From: a virus | Lineage: Duplodnaviria; Heunggongvirae; Uroviricota; Caudoviricetes | Length of the DNA: 64,000 nucleotides | Virus record (IMG/VR): IMGVR_UViG_3300042892_003674 | Reading direction: 5' to 3' (one strand) | The notes under the pieces: model-generated | What the model was told of the DNA's origin: nothing | The model's database searches: none | The model's input: the letters and a program-made list of their open reading frames with translations, nothing else | Part shown: one piece after another, positions 36,327-45,649 of the stretch | Layout: each line of letters opens with the position of its first letter | Position numbering within the stretch: position 1 is the stretch's first letter | Position numbers and translations under genes: made by a program

Positions 36327-37153
36327 TAGACATAGATTATTCAAACGGAAAGATTAAGATAAACACCGGTGATTTAGCTGGATTATTCACTAATCTACCT
36401 TTAAAATTTAAAATAAAGAAAGTTATTTCAAAAGAAATAGTTTGGGAAACTGACTTATATAGTTTTATGTGGGCGGAATTTGGTACAAATGAGATCAATG
36501 ATGTTATCGTAGAAGATAGTTTAGGTAATTTTGTTTATCAGTATCACTGGGATGTAATTCAACACGGTTCTATCTTTTATAAATCATTGTGGTTATATTG
36601 TAAGTCATTGATAAATCGTGGTGTGAAACCACGTGGAGTTGTTGTGGGAACACATGATGGAGAGTTTGGTGAATGGGTTCCATTAGTGAGAAACTTTATG
36701 TCTGATATGTTATTAGTAGAAGCATCACAGAAACAATTTGATAAACTTCATCAGAACTTTATTGATAAACCAGGTATTATATTTCTAAATGATTTGATTA
36801 CAACTGATGGCTCTGATGTTGAGTTCTTTGAAGGTGGTGCTGGTTACACGAATACTGTGGTTGAGAGAGTTATTAGACATTGGGAAACAGAGGAAGTTCA
36901 TTCATCAAAAAGAACATCGACTAGTTTTAATACTTTGATTGAGAGCTATGGTAAGGTTGATTGGTTACATTTAGATGTAGAGGGATTGGATGCAAAGTTA
37001 TTGATGTCATTAAAGGAAGAGAATATACCTAATTTTATAATCTTTGAAGATTATAATTTGGACACTGAAGAGTTTAGTAAAGTATCTACTTTTTTTAAGG
37101 ATAGAGGGTTTAGATTACATTCGGAAGGTGGAATATGTATGGCTTTTAAATAA
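36323..37153 (+). CDS. FkbM-family methyltransferase
   Basis: VVGTHDG, LLVEA, LHLDVEGLD, IIFE. Confidence 0.8.
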   Translation: MIDIDYSNGKIKINTGDLAGLFTNLPLKFKIKKVISKEIVWETDLYSFMWAEFGTNEINDVIVEDSLGNFVYQYHWDVIQHGSIFYKSLWLYCKSLINRGVKPRGVVVGTHDGEFGEWVPLVRNFMSDMLLVEASQKQFDKLHQNFIDKPGIIFLNDLITTDGSDVEFFEGGAGYTNTVVERVIRHWETEEVHSSKRTSTSFNTLIESYGKVDWLHLDVEGLDAKLLMSLKEENIPNFIIFEDYNLDTEEFSKVSTFFKDRGFRLHSEGGICMAFK

Positions 37154-37535
37154 AAAACCATCCAGATGGGTTATGTGATATATAATATTCTGATAAGGAT
37201 AAATATAATCTAACTTCTTCTTCATCAGCACCAGTCATATCCATTATTTTATGCTTAATAGTAGGATATTCAATCTTTATTTTATATAAAGATTCTTGAA
37301 TTCTATTAAATAAGTTAGATCTCATCTCAACTCTTTTAATGAATTCATTTATTGAATTGGATAAATTGATTGATGAACTATCTGCCATATCAATAGTAAT
37401 CTCACAAGTTTTATTATCTGTGTGAAACTTAATTATAAAGTTATCTTCGTCGATAAAATCAACGAAACACATTTCAATATAATCTTTATCAATTATATCT
37501 TGGTCTATATTTTCAAATAGTTTTATGTATTTCAT
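37146..37535 (-). CDS. N-leader protein (MKYIKLFEN), distant array relative
   Basis: IEMCFVDFIDE. Confidence 0.8.
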   Translation of the reverse strand: MKYIKLFENIDQDIIDKDYIEMCFVDFIDEDNFIIKFHTDNKTCEITIDMADSSSINLSNSINEFIKRVEMRSNLFNRIQESLYKIKIEYPTIKHKIMDMTGADEEEVRLYLSLSEYYISHNPSGWFFI

Positions 37536-37536
37536 A

Positions 37537-38019
37537 TTATATTTCGTTTTTAACTATTGTAATTGAAATTGATATAAAGTCTCTACTCCATACTTTTTCA
37601 TCTAATACATGAAAGTAAGTATCATTTGCAGTAACTGCGTCTTGTCTAATAATCTTCTCGATCTTTGCACCATTCCATCTTCTGTCTAACAAAGCTAGAA
37701 GTGTTTCAAAACAGTCAGTTATCTTATCTTTAAATTCTTCGGACTTATTGTTCTGTACTGTTCTTTGGAAATCTACTACATCTTCATCTTGGTCCTTATG
37801 TCTTACAAGTCTAATATAAACAACATTACATTGATTATAACTTTCAGCCATACGAGTTGTATAATCATTGATACGTGACTTAACTCTTTGTTGTAATAGA
37901 ATTTGTGGTGAAAATCCTTCATCTATCAAATCAACAAAAATCATTTTAATTGTCTCTCTGAATTGATCTAGTTCTTCTTTACCTTCTTTTAACGATTCAA
38001 GTGTTTTTACGTATCTCAT
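37537..38019 (-). CDS. N-leader protein (MRYVKTLES), distant array relative
   Basis: MIFVDLIDEGF. Confidence 0.8.
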   Translation of the reverse strand: MRYVKTLESLKEGKEELDQFRETIKMIFVDLIDEGFSPQILLQQRVKSRINDYTTRMAESYNQCNVVYIRLVRHKDQDEDVVDFQRTVQNNKSEEFKDKITDCFETLLALLDRRWNGAKIEKIIRQDAVTANDTYFHVLDEKVWSRDFISISITIVKNEI

Positions 38020-38020
38020 A

Positions 38021-39301
38021 TTACATATCCATTTCTAATTCATCATCACCTTCTCTATCAGGATCATATCCATAAACATCAGCTCTGTGTTTATTCATCA
38101 TTGACATAAATGTTTCATCACCTAATTCAATACCATAACTTTCAATTTCTTTCTCAAGTTTAACCATCTCATCATTTAATGGTCCCCACTCATCTCTGAA
38201 TAATTTTATAGATTCTTCGTTTCTACCTTCTTTGTTTAATTCTTGTATTTTTTTATTTACAACTTTAAATCTTGTAGTTATGTCTCCCATTCTATCGATT
38301 GTATCTAAAATAGGTTCATCATCCATTGAAAATAGATCTAATCTTTTCTTTTCTATATCAGTTAAAGATGTTAGGCCAGTATCATTTATCTTATCTAATA
38401 ATTCATTAAACTCATCTGTTTCAACAAATTTACTTTTCTCAAAGATTTGATTGAATTGTGTAAAGTTTTGTATATTACTTTCAAAACTGTATTTCTTATT
38501 AAGATTATCTAACATTCTTTTGGCAGCATTCAATTCATTTTGAAGTGCTTCTTTATCAGAACCGCTAGCTCTTTTTAATTGTTCTTCTCTTAATTTAACT
38601 GTATCTTTTAAGTTTTGATACATTGCTCCTTTTGGATGATCTCTCCACTTTGGTGGTGTACTACTAGATCTTTGTTGAGAAGAACCACTTGATCTACCTG
38701 ATGAACCTGATGAAGAACCTTTTCCATAACTATCATATCTATCGTAACCAGATCTACCACTTGCAGGTCTTGATGTACCCTTCTTAATCATTTCATTTGC
38801 TAAATCTATAAATTTACCTGACCATATAGAACCAAGTGTATAAATATGAGTTTCCGATTCTAACTGGTATCTATTATCAGTAGAATTCTTATACATTCTG
38901 ATAACTTTCCCATTCTCAAATGTATAGTAGAAAGCAGTTTTACCATTTCTTTGTGGTGTACTAATCTTATCTGAATAACGAGCTGAAGTAAAATCTGAAA
39001 TTATTGATCGATAAAGAGTATTAAGATCTCTTTCAATTTTTTCTTGCTGTTCTCTTTCATCTGCTTCTTTTCTCCAAGCATTATATCTATCTTGTTGTTC
39101 TTTTCTCTCTTTTTCTGCTTTTTCTCTAGCTTCTGCTCTTTTTTTAGCTTCTGCTCTAAGTTTATCTTGTTTTTCTTTTTCAAGTTTAGCGGCCTTTCTT
39201 TTAGAAGGTTCGCCACTAATATCATCACCAGTATTGACTTCAAAGTCAACAAAGTTTCTTAACCACTCTGGGCTTCTGTATTTAGCTTCATTCAATTTCA
39301 T
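38021..39301 (-). CDS. Multi-module protein with short leader (MKLNEA) and internal leader-like site
   Basis: FESNIQNFTQFNQIFEK then LLDKINDTGLTSLT; TAATATATA at 39306-39314. Confidence 0.85.
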   Translation of the reverse strand: MKLNEAKYRSPEWLRNFVDFEVNTGDDISGEPSKRKAAKLEKEKQDKLRAEAKKRAEAREKAEKERKEQQDRYNAWRKEADEREQQEKIERDLNTLYRSIISDFTSARYSDKISTPQRNGKTAFYYTFENGKVIRMYKNSTDNRYQLESETHIYTLGSIWSGKFIDLANEMIKKGTSRPASGRSGYDRYDSYGKGSSSGSSGRSSGSSQQRSSSTPPKWRDHPKGAMYQNLKDTVKLREEQLKRASGSDKEALQNELNAAKRMLDNLNKKYSFESNIQNFTQFNQIFEKSKFVETDEFNELLDKINDTGLTSLTDIEKKRLDLFSMDDEPILDTIDRMGDITTRFKVVNKKIQELNKEGRNEESIKLFRDEWGPLNDEMVKLEKEIESYGIELGDETFMSMMNKHRADVYGYDPDREGDDELEMDM

Positions 39302-39364
39302 ATTGTATATATTAAAGTTTTTAAACTAAAAGTAATTTTTTAATATAAAAAAGAAAACACAATT

Positions 39365-39769
39365 ATGAAAAAAGATGAATTATCAGGTTTATTAGTAAGT
39401 GATACTAGAAGTTTTGATAGAAAAGGTTGGACTATCATAGGTTCTATATTTTTAATTTTACTACTATTGTTTACTAACCCTTCACAAGATGAACATAAAT
39501 TAGCTTTAAAAGATAAGTTTGTTGTTAGTATTACTAAAGAATTGGAAAAACAAAAACAAAAAACTGGTATGGAAGGTTTACAATCAGTTGTTGCCACAAT
39601 GTTTATTGATAATATGGTTGATAAAACAGTTACATCAGAAAACTGGTTATTATTTTCTACTACAAAGATAACTATTGAAGGTAATGAAAAGACAATAGGT
39701 TTTGGAATTCTAGGTCACGTTTACTTATCAAGTTCAATAGATGAAGCACTTAACGAAGGATTAAAATAA
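39365..39769 (+). CDS. Membrane-anchored DUF4359-like protein
   Basis: TM-TNPS..H; NWLLFSTT; GFGILG. Confidence 0.65.
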   Translation: MKKDELSGLLVSDTRSFDRKGWTIIGSIFLILLLLFTNPSQDEHKLALKDKFVVSITKELEKQKQKTGMEGLQSVVATMFIDNMVDKTVTSENWLLFSTTKITIEGNEKTIGFGILGHVYLSSSIDEALNEGLK

Positions 39770-39796
39770 AAAAAGAGAGCAATTGCTCTCTTTTTT
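39769..39796. terminator. Bidirectional terminator
   Basis: AAAAAAGAGAGC-AATT-GCTCTCTTTTTT between convergent genes. Confidence 0.85.
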
Positions 39797-39868
39797 GTGT
39801 CTAAACTGTACCAGATATATGTCCTGTCTTTCAACCTCTCAGACTTTTAATCCTATTTAGAACTTATT

Positions 39869-40171
39869 TTAGTTTAAATGTATTTTAGCTTTACAACGAA
39901 ATGTTTTTCTTCCTAATGTTGCAGGACAGTCTAAAAGAAACATTTGTTCTTTTTCGTCATTATACTTTACCTCTAAAACTATTTTAGATCTATTTGGCCA
40001 CTTAGAAGTATCTTCACTTTCATCTAACATCAAGTGAACTAAAAAGGGAGTTCTATTAGGGGCCCACTCAACCTCTTCTACAATTGCACCTACTTTTACA
40101 TCAGATTTATCATCTGATAAAGTCATACTTAATTTCGTTCCGTACTTGTATTCAGTAAAATCGATTATCAT
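39869..40171 (-). CDS. Hypothetical protein
   Basis: Preceded by both TAATATATA and TAnnTTTG. Confidence 0.75.
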   Translation of the reverse strand: MIIDFTEYKYGTKLSMTLSDDKSDVKVGAIVEEVEWAPNRTPFLVHLMLDESEDTSKWPNRSKIVLEVKYNDEKEQMFLLDCPATLGRKTFRCKAKIHLN

Positions 40172-40214
40172 ATACTATATATTATTTTTCTATAGCAAAG
40201 ATACGAATTTTTAC

Positions 40215-40574
40215 TTAAATAATGAATAAACTTTCTAATTTATATTCTCTGATTTCTGTTTTAAAAAGTGCGTTTAAATCCAACTCACCTAATATACAAA
40301 GGTCTCTATCATTTAATGACAAAGTATATGTAATACAATTATCAGAGTGTATTTTTATGAATAGTGGAGTTGCTAATCTAACAACTGCATCTAATCTATC
40401 ATTACCACTTTGTAGTTTGTGGTAGTTTACTATATTTTCATAGCAAGGTTGACTCTTACTAATAAAACCATCATAACATACTTTATATAAAGTGTTACCA
40501 TTAGGTTCTAACCCTAAGTGTTTAAGTATTGTGTAATCTAATGCTTTTGTCAATCCTTTCATTTCTCTAATCAT
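40215..40574 (-). CDS. Hypothetical protein with C-terminal tag (IREYKLESLF)
   Basis: ORF, tag. Confidence 0.75.
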   Translation of the reverse strand: MIREMKGLTKALDYTILKHLGLEPNGNTLYKVCYDGFISKSQPCYENIVNYHKLQSGNDRLDAVVRLATPLFIKIHSDNCITYTLSLNDRDLCILGELDLNALFKTEIREYKLESLFII

Positions 40575-40776
40575 TTTCTTTTTTTAACCAAGTACTATCA
40601 ATCCAATCATTATATCCTTCCACCTTAATCCATTGACTTGAGGTGGCACCAGTTATGTCAGATGTATCTTTTACATCTATAACAAGTTTCTCTCCACTTG
40701 TGAGAAAATCACCATCTTCAAAAGGATTTGATTTTAAGATAACTTTATCTCCGACTTCAAATTGTTGTAGTGTCAT
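40567..40776 (-). CDS. Small SH3-like hypothetical protein
   Basis: FEVGDKV pattern. Confidence 0.7.
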   Translation of the reverse strand: MTLQQFEVGDKVILKSNPFEDGDFLTSGEKLVIDVKDTSDITGATSSQWIKVEGYNDWIDSTWLKKEND

Positions 40777-40781
40777 ATATA

Positions 40782-41015
40782 TTATTTTAAATTTTCATTA
40801 AGTTTCATTTTTTCCAATTGTTCTTTAAACTCTTCAATAGTTCTAAAGGAACTTATAGGTGCGGCAGAAACAATTTTCTTATCATTTACAACCCAATGAT
40901 ATCCAGTATCATATATATCAGGATCATTTATAAAACGATAAACCCTTCCATAAGTAAAGTTGTGTAACTTCTTACTGGTACAAACCATTAAACCTTTAAT
41001 AACTCTTACTATCAT
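40782..41015 (-). CDS. MKVxC-like family protein
   Basis: MVCT..FTYGRVY..VVND..FRTIEE. Confidence 0.7.
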   Translation of the reverse strand: MIVRVIKGLMVCTSKKLHNFTYGRVYRFINDPDIYDTGYHWVVNDKKIVSAAPISSFRTIEEFKEQLEKMKLNENLK

Positions 41016-41350
41016 TTTAAAATTTCAATAAGTTTTTCGTTTCTAATATTTTGTAATGATAACATTTCTTTACCGAAGTCAGTCAGTTCATAAGTTATGT
41101 GCCAAGCGTCTTCAACATGATCTATTAAGTTATATTTTAATAGTTCTGAAGTTAGGTAGTAAGTACCACCGTGATTACGATTTAAAAAATAATCTTCTGT
41201 TTGAAAGGTAGTTTTATCATCATCTACACGAAAATCTTCTAATGATTCCCAACGAGTATCTCTATACTCTGCGTAACCTTCTTTCTGAATAGAAAGTAAG
41301 AGAGTATATGCGTCATCAGATAATTCAAATGTGTACGTAAATGTTTTCAT
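41012..41350 (-). CDS. Hypothetical protein with C-terminal tag (IRNEKLIEILK)
   Basis: YELTDFGK wing-like; TAnnTTTG at 41355-41362, 4 nt before ATG. Confidence 0.8.
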   Translation of the reverse strand: MKTFTYTFELSDDAYTLLLSIQKEGYAEYRDTRWESLEDFRVDDDKTTFQTEDYFLNRNHGGTYYLTSELLKYNLIDHVEDAWHITYELTDFGKEMLSLQNIRNEKLIEILK

Positions 41351-41418
41351 ATAGCAAATATAATAAAAATAATTTTAAATATATTAAATAATTTTACATA
41401 TATTTGCATATAATAATT

Positions 41419-41625
41419 ATGAAGAATATACTATACTTTTCTAGTTTATCACCAGTTGAAAGAGTTTCATTCATAGAAACATTACCTTTCTGTGAATTGG
41501 TAGTACTTAGAAATATATTAGAAGAAACTTATCAACAAAATGGTATGTGGGAAGCTTATGTAATTCAATGTGATAAAGAAATAGCAAAACGTAGAGAAGA
41601 TAAAATAAACGAAATATTAAAATGA
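41419..41625 (+). CDS. Hypothetical protein with C-terminal tag (RREDKINEILK)
   Basis: TATATTTG at 41399-41406; ATG 41419. Confidence 0.75.
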   Translation: MKNILYFSSLSPVERVSFIETLPFCELVVLRNILEETYQQNGMWEAYVIQCDKEIAKRREDKINEILK

Positions 41626-42326
41626 AACCAAAATTATATTATAGAGTAGATGAAAATGGTGTACCGTTCGATAACTTTTGTTCGGATGCAGCCATTGGTG
41701 CCAATGATGCAGGAATTGAATGTATTCCTTTCTCTGACATAAAACAAGTCAATATGAATCCTTACAACATCGTTGTAACATCTGTTGAGGAATCGCTAGA
41801 GTGGTTATGTCAAAACATTCAGGCAATTGATGATAAATGGGCCACTGACTTTAAGAAAAGAAAAGAAGTTATTACAACTATAGATGAAATAACTGAGTAT
41901 CCTTGTTTTATCAAACCTTACAAACATATTAAAGCATTTACTGGTATTGTTGTGAGTGATGTAAGAGAAGCTAAGTTATTCACACAAGATTTTAAAGATA
42001 GTGTTTCTTGTCAAGAGATTGTAGAATTTGAATCTGAGTACAGAGTTTATATTCATAAAGATAGAGGTATCTTAGGAGTTAAACATTACTTAGGTGATCC
42101 TTATATTGTACCTGATAAATCTTTTGTTGATGAGATTTATCAATTGTCGAAGTCTAACTTAGATCAAAATAGTTATACATTAGATATTGGTATAGATGAT
42201 AAGGGAACTAACTATTTGATTGAAATAAATGATGGTTGGTCAGTTGGTAATTATGGTTTGAACCCAAGTGATTACTTTAGTTTTGTTAAATCTAGATGGT
42301 TACAGATAACAGGAATTTTAAAATAA
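41622..42326 (+). CDS. ATP-grasp domain protein (R2K/DUF4343-like)
   Basis: FIKP..K.FTG, EYRVYI, YTLDIG, LIEINDGWSVG. Confidence 0.8.
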   Translation: MKPKLYYRVDENGVPFDNFCSDAAIGANDAGIECIPFSDIKQVNMNPYNIVVTSVEESLEWLCQNIQAIDDKWATDFKKRKEVITTIDEITEYPCFIKPYKHIKAFTGIVVSDVREAKLFTQDFKDSVSCQEIVEFESEYRVYIHKDRGILGVKHYLGDPYIVPDKSFVDEIYQLSKSNLDQNSYTLDIGIDDKGTNYLIEINDGWSVGNYGLNPSDYFSFVKSRWLQITGILK

Positions 42327-42331
42327 GAAAT

Positions 42332-42892
42332 ATGAGTAATAAGTTTAAGTTTATTTTATTCCATTTTTTTGGAATTAGTTTGGTTATTTTAGGTGCAATT
42401 TTATGTACTTATTTAGGTAAAATATGTCTTAAAGATGAGAACTCTGGTTTACCGGAGTTGTTTTTCTCCGGTTTATTCTTCTTTTTAATATGGTGTTTAA
42501 TAACAAATGGTCTTATAGGTGGTGCCATAATGGATGGTAAGAAAAGTATATTTAACTATCTTTTGAATTTTAAGAGATATAGAAATATAAAATGGATTTA
42601 TCATTCTGAGTTAGGTTATTTCCCATCAGTAATCGGTAAGAAAAAACTTTTATTATATAGACAGAATATATTTACGGTAGATGAACTATTGGATATAGAT
42701 ACTAGTGGTCGTAGTATAAAGTATATATCTGATACTGCTAAATCTCACTTAGATTGGCTTTATAAAAATCAATTAGATGATAATAAAAGAGCAGAACAAA
42801 TTAAGGCTAAGAATGATGAAATTAGAAAATGGGATGGATTTTTAGATGTTCCTTCACGAAGAGATAAAAAAATAGACGAACTACTTAAATAG
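42332..42892 (+). CDS. Membrane protein with C-terminal tag (RRDKKIDELLK)
   Basis: Two TM helices; tag. Confidence 0.75.
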   Translation: MSNKFKFILFHFFGISLVILGAILCTYLGKICLKDENSGLPELFFSGLFFFLIWCLITNGLIGGAIMDGKKSIFNYLLNFKRYRNIKWIYHSELGYFPSVIGKKKLLLYRQNIFTVDELLDIDTSGRSIKYISDTAKSHLDWLYKNQLDDNKRAEQIKAKNDEIRKWDGFLDVPSRRDKKIDELLK

Positions 42893-42908
42893 TTCGTCTA
42901 TTTTTTTT
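42866..42908. terminator. Bidirectional terminator
   Basis: AAAAAAATAGACGAACTA-CTTAAA-TAGTTCGTCTATTTTTTT. Confidence 0.8.
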
Positions 42909-43617
42909 ACCATTGAAATGAACCTGCACTAGTACTTTCTACTATACCTTCAAATAAATCAACCCACTCTTTAGTAAATTCAAACTCTTCTTTATTATCT
43001 AAAATAAAGTCAATCTTTAAATCCCTTCTTTGAACTCTATTTCTAGAAACTTGCTCCCAATCTCTACTTTCTAATTTAGCTCTTCTATGTTGTGCTCTTT
43101 CATATGAGTACATTTGAGCATCTTTATTTTCACTATATTGTTTATTTAAACAATGTAAAATAGCAGACTCACAATTTTCATAGAGAACTCCATTGGACCA
43201 ACTCACACCACAACAACTAAAATCTACATTTCCTATAAGATTTTTAAAGTTATCTGCATAGTTTTGTTGTTCTGATTTATCATTTGACATTGATTGTATT
43301 CTAGGTCTAATCAATTGAACTACTTTAGTTCCTTTAATCCAAGTACGTGGTTCTGATATAACGTGTATTGTTGAATAAAGATTAGTAATGTCAACCGATG
43401 TAAGTTTTTCAAAGTGATGGTATCCATTTTTTTCTAAAATATATTCTAGTTTTCTAAGTGATTGTGCACCACATAAGATGTCAACATCATTGATTGGTTG
43501 GTCTGCAATACTATCACGAATTGCACCACCAAAGATTCTCACCATTGAGTCCATATAAAGTTGATTATTATCGAACTCTAAATACTCATTTAGTCGATCA
43601 TTTATTTTTTGTATCAT
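42907..43617 (-). CDS. Nucleotidyltransferase-like protein (poly(A) polymerase/CCA head-like)
   Basis: FGGAIRD, NDVDI, VDFSC; near-terminal RRDLKIDFIL tag. Confidence 0.7.
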   Translation of the reverse strand: MIQKINDRLNEYLEFDNNQLYMDSMVRIFGGAIRDSIADQPINDVDILCGAQSLRKLEYILEKNGYHHFEKLTSVDITNLYSTIHVISEPRTWIKGTKVVQLIRPRIQSMSNDKSEQQNYADNFKNLIGNVDFSCCGVSWSNGVLYENCESAILHCLNKQYSENKDAQMYSYERAQHRRAKLESRDWEQVSRNRVQRRDLKIDFILDNKEEFEFTKEWVDLFEGIVESTSAGSFQW

Positions 43618-43686
43618 AAGGTATATTTTTAGTTATATAAAAACATGAATTAAAGGTTTTGGGAAAAATAATTTAATATATAGTTT

Positions 43687-45072
43687 ATGAGTGAAATTAT
43701 AAAATTTACAGATTATACAGAAATAAATGAGAATGTTATAATACCTGTTGTTGATGCGGTTATTAGTGATAGTGGTATTCTTAATACCAAAACTGCTACT
43801 GGACTTCCTTTAAAAGGAAGTGTAGAGTTAAATACAATACCTGTTTTTGACATAGAAACTGGAAAGAAGGTAATGGCAGTTTCAAGAACAGTAGGACAAG
43901 ATTCAAAAGCACAAAAAACAAAGAAAGTTGTTTCTGGTATAAAGGGTAATGATGGTAAATATTATCCTGGAGGATTAGACAAAAACGGTACTTTAGTTGG
44001 TGTGAATTTTGATGAAAATAATTACTTATTGACACTAGGTGCAACTGAATCGAGAACAAGAATTCCTATAGATCCAGAATCACAATCAAAATTAGATACA
44101 AAGTATCAAGATATAGAATTTTGGAATAAAGATGTTGATTATATTAAATGTGTTCCAAATATATCAACTGGTTGGGTAAATGTTAAAATTGATATGGAAG
44201 TAATTAAAAGAGTTAGAAGATATTCTGCTGGTTTAGTTGAAAAAGAGAAAGCTAGTGATAATAGTCACTTAACATTTGTAAGTAAGTTAAAAAGTTTAGA
44301 TAGAATAAGTAATAGAACTATAAAAATTGATAATATTACTAGACAGAAAATTCAAAAACAAATGTCTGCAATTATTTTATTACATTATATAAATGAGATT
44401 AAAACATTCTTTACACCATCTGCAGCAGGTTTATTATTTGAATCATTTATAGGTGGTCTAATTCCGTATGCTAAAGTTACTGAAGATAATGGTAAGGCAG
44501 ATATTACAGTTCCTACTGATGATGGAAAAATCGAATATCAAGTTAAGTTATATAGTACTGCAGCACAGTACATAGATATTGCAGTGAATAGATATGATGA
44601 TGATTCTATTCATCCTAATAGGGAAGTACCATTAGATTACTACTTAATATGTATAAAGAAGAGTGATGAAGTTATTATTTATGTTTTAAATAATGATCCA
44701 ACTTCTCCTGGATATTATAGTAATTTTAGAACATCTGGTAGAAATAGTAAGTCAAAAACTTTTTCTGTTAATGAATTAAATAATAGTAAGCTAGATTTTA
44801 GAACTGGTACAAAATTTATTTTATCACTTACTAATTTAGAGGAAAGAATTAAAAACTTAGGTGATAGTTTAAAAGGATGTTTAGATGAATTATATCGTTT
44901 ATTGAGTCAGTTTCAATATAATGTTGAAACAATAATAACTGGTGTAGATCAGGATGGTAAAAAAGTTAGTGAAACAGATTTTTCAAAACATTCTACTGAT
45001 GCCACCAATAATGTGAAATCTATGAGTGAGAAACTGGATGAACTTATTAAAGAGGTCAACATTAATAGATAA
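43687..45072 (+). CDS. Hypothetical protein with possible PD-(D/E)xK nuclease-like core
   Basis: GLLFESFIGGL..KADI..EYQVKLY; TAATATATA at 43674. Confidence 0.55.
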   Translation: MSEIIKFTDYTEINENVIIPVVDAVISDSGILNTKTATGLPLKGSVELNTIPVFDIETGKKVMAVSRTVGQDSKAQKTKKVVSGIKGNDGKYYPGGLDKNGTLVGVNFDENNYLLTLGATESRTRIPIDPESQSKLDTKYQDIEFWNKDVDYIKCVPNISTGWVNVKIDMEVIKRVRRYSAGLVEKEKASDNSHLTFVSKLKSLDRISNRTIKIDNITRQKIQKQMSAIILLHYINEIKTFFTPSAAGLLFESFIGGLIPYAKVTEDNGKADITVPTDDGKIEYQVKLYSTAAQYIDIAVNRYDDDSIHPNREVPLDYYLICIKKSDEVIIYVLNNDPTSPGYYSNFRTSGRNSKSKTFSVNELNNSKLDFRTGTKFILSLTNLEERIKNLGDSLKGCLDELYRLLSQFQYNVETIITGVDQDGKKVSETDFSKHSTDATNNVKSMSEKLDELIKEVNINR

Positions 45073-45550
45073 TAGAATTTATTTTATGTTCTCTCATATC
45101 AATAAAGTATTCATTAAACTCACCTTCTGTGATATAAATCTTTTGATTTTCTGCAAATACTACTAAGTTTTCATTTGGAAAAAATCCTTCTAACTCACAA
45201 TATAAATAAGTAATACTAGGATAAAACTTGGCATTTGACTTTACTTGAAAGAATTTAGTACAAACACAGAACTTTGTTGGATATGGTTCACCATTATATT
45301 TAAAGATAAATGCTTCTAACTTTCTTTTCTTTAGAACCTTTACACGATTGTATATAATTACTTTATTATGAATTTCCTTCTTGTGTTTATCAAACTCTTT
45401 TACAAGTGGTCCTCTCTCTAATCCTAACTTATCCGCAAACTTCTCAGGTGAGAAACGGATGAAACCATTTAGTAAATCAATATTATCCTCATCAACATCT
45501 AAGTTTTTAACTTTTTCAATCCATTGATTTAATTCTTGTAAACTATTCAT
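45062..45550 (-). CDS. Hypothetical protein with C-terminal tag (MREHKINSII)
   Basis: ORF, tag. Confidence 0.75.
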   Translation of the reverse strand: MNSLQELNQWIEKVKNLDVDEDNIDLLNGFIRFSPEKFADKLGLERGPLVKEFDKHKKEIHNKVIIYNRVKVLKKRKLEAFIFKYNGEPYPTKFCVCTKFFQVKSNAKFYPSITYLYCELEGFFPNENLVVFAENQKIYITEGEFNEYFIDMREHKINSIIY

Positions 45551-45595
45551 ATTTAATTTATATAAGTATATTACGATAAAGTTTTTTTAAAAATA

Positions 45596-45626
45596 TTTGT
45601 TTATTAAAAATAATGTCGTATATTTG
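45596..45626 (+). promoter_or_regulatory. Complete Bacteroidota promoter
   Basis: TTTG-N19-TATATTTG. Confidence 0.75.
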
Positions 45627-45649
45627 TACTCTAAATAAAAAATAAAACT

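Noticed and set aside
42866-42908. Idea that the C-terminal tag is a by-product of terminator DNA
   Set aside because: The overlap occurs only at this gene; other tags have no hairpin and use different codons
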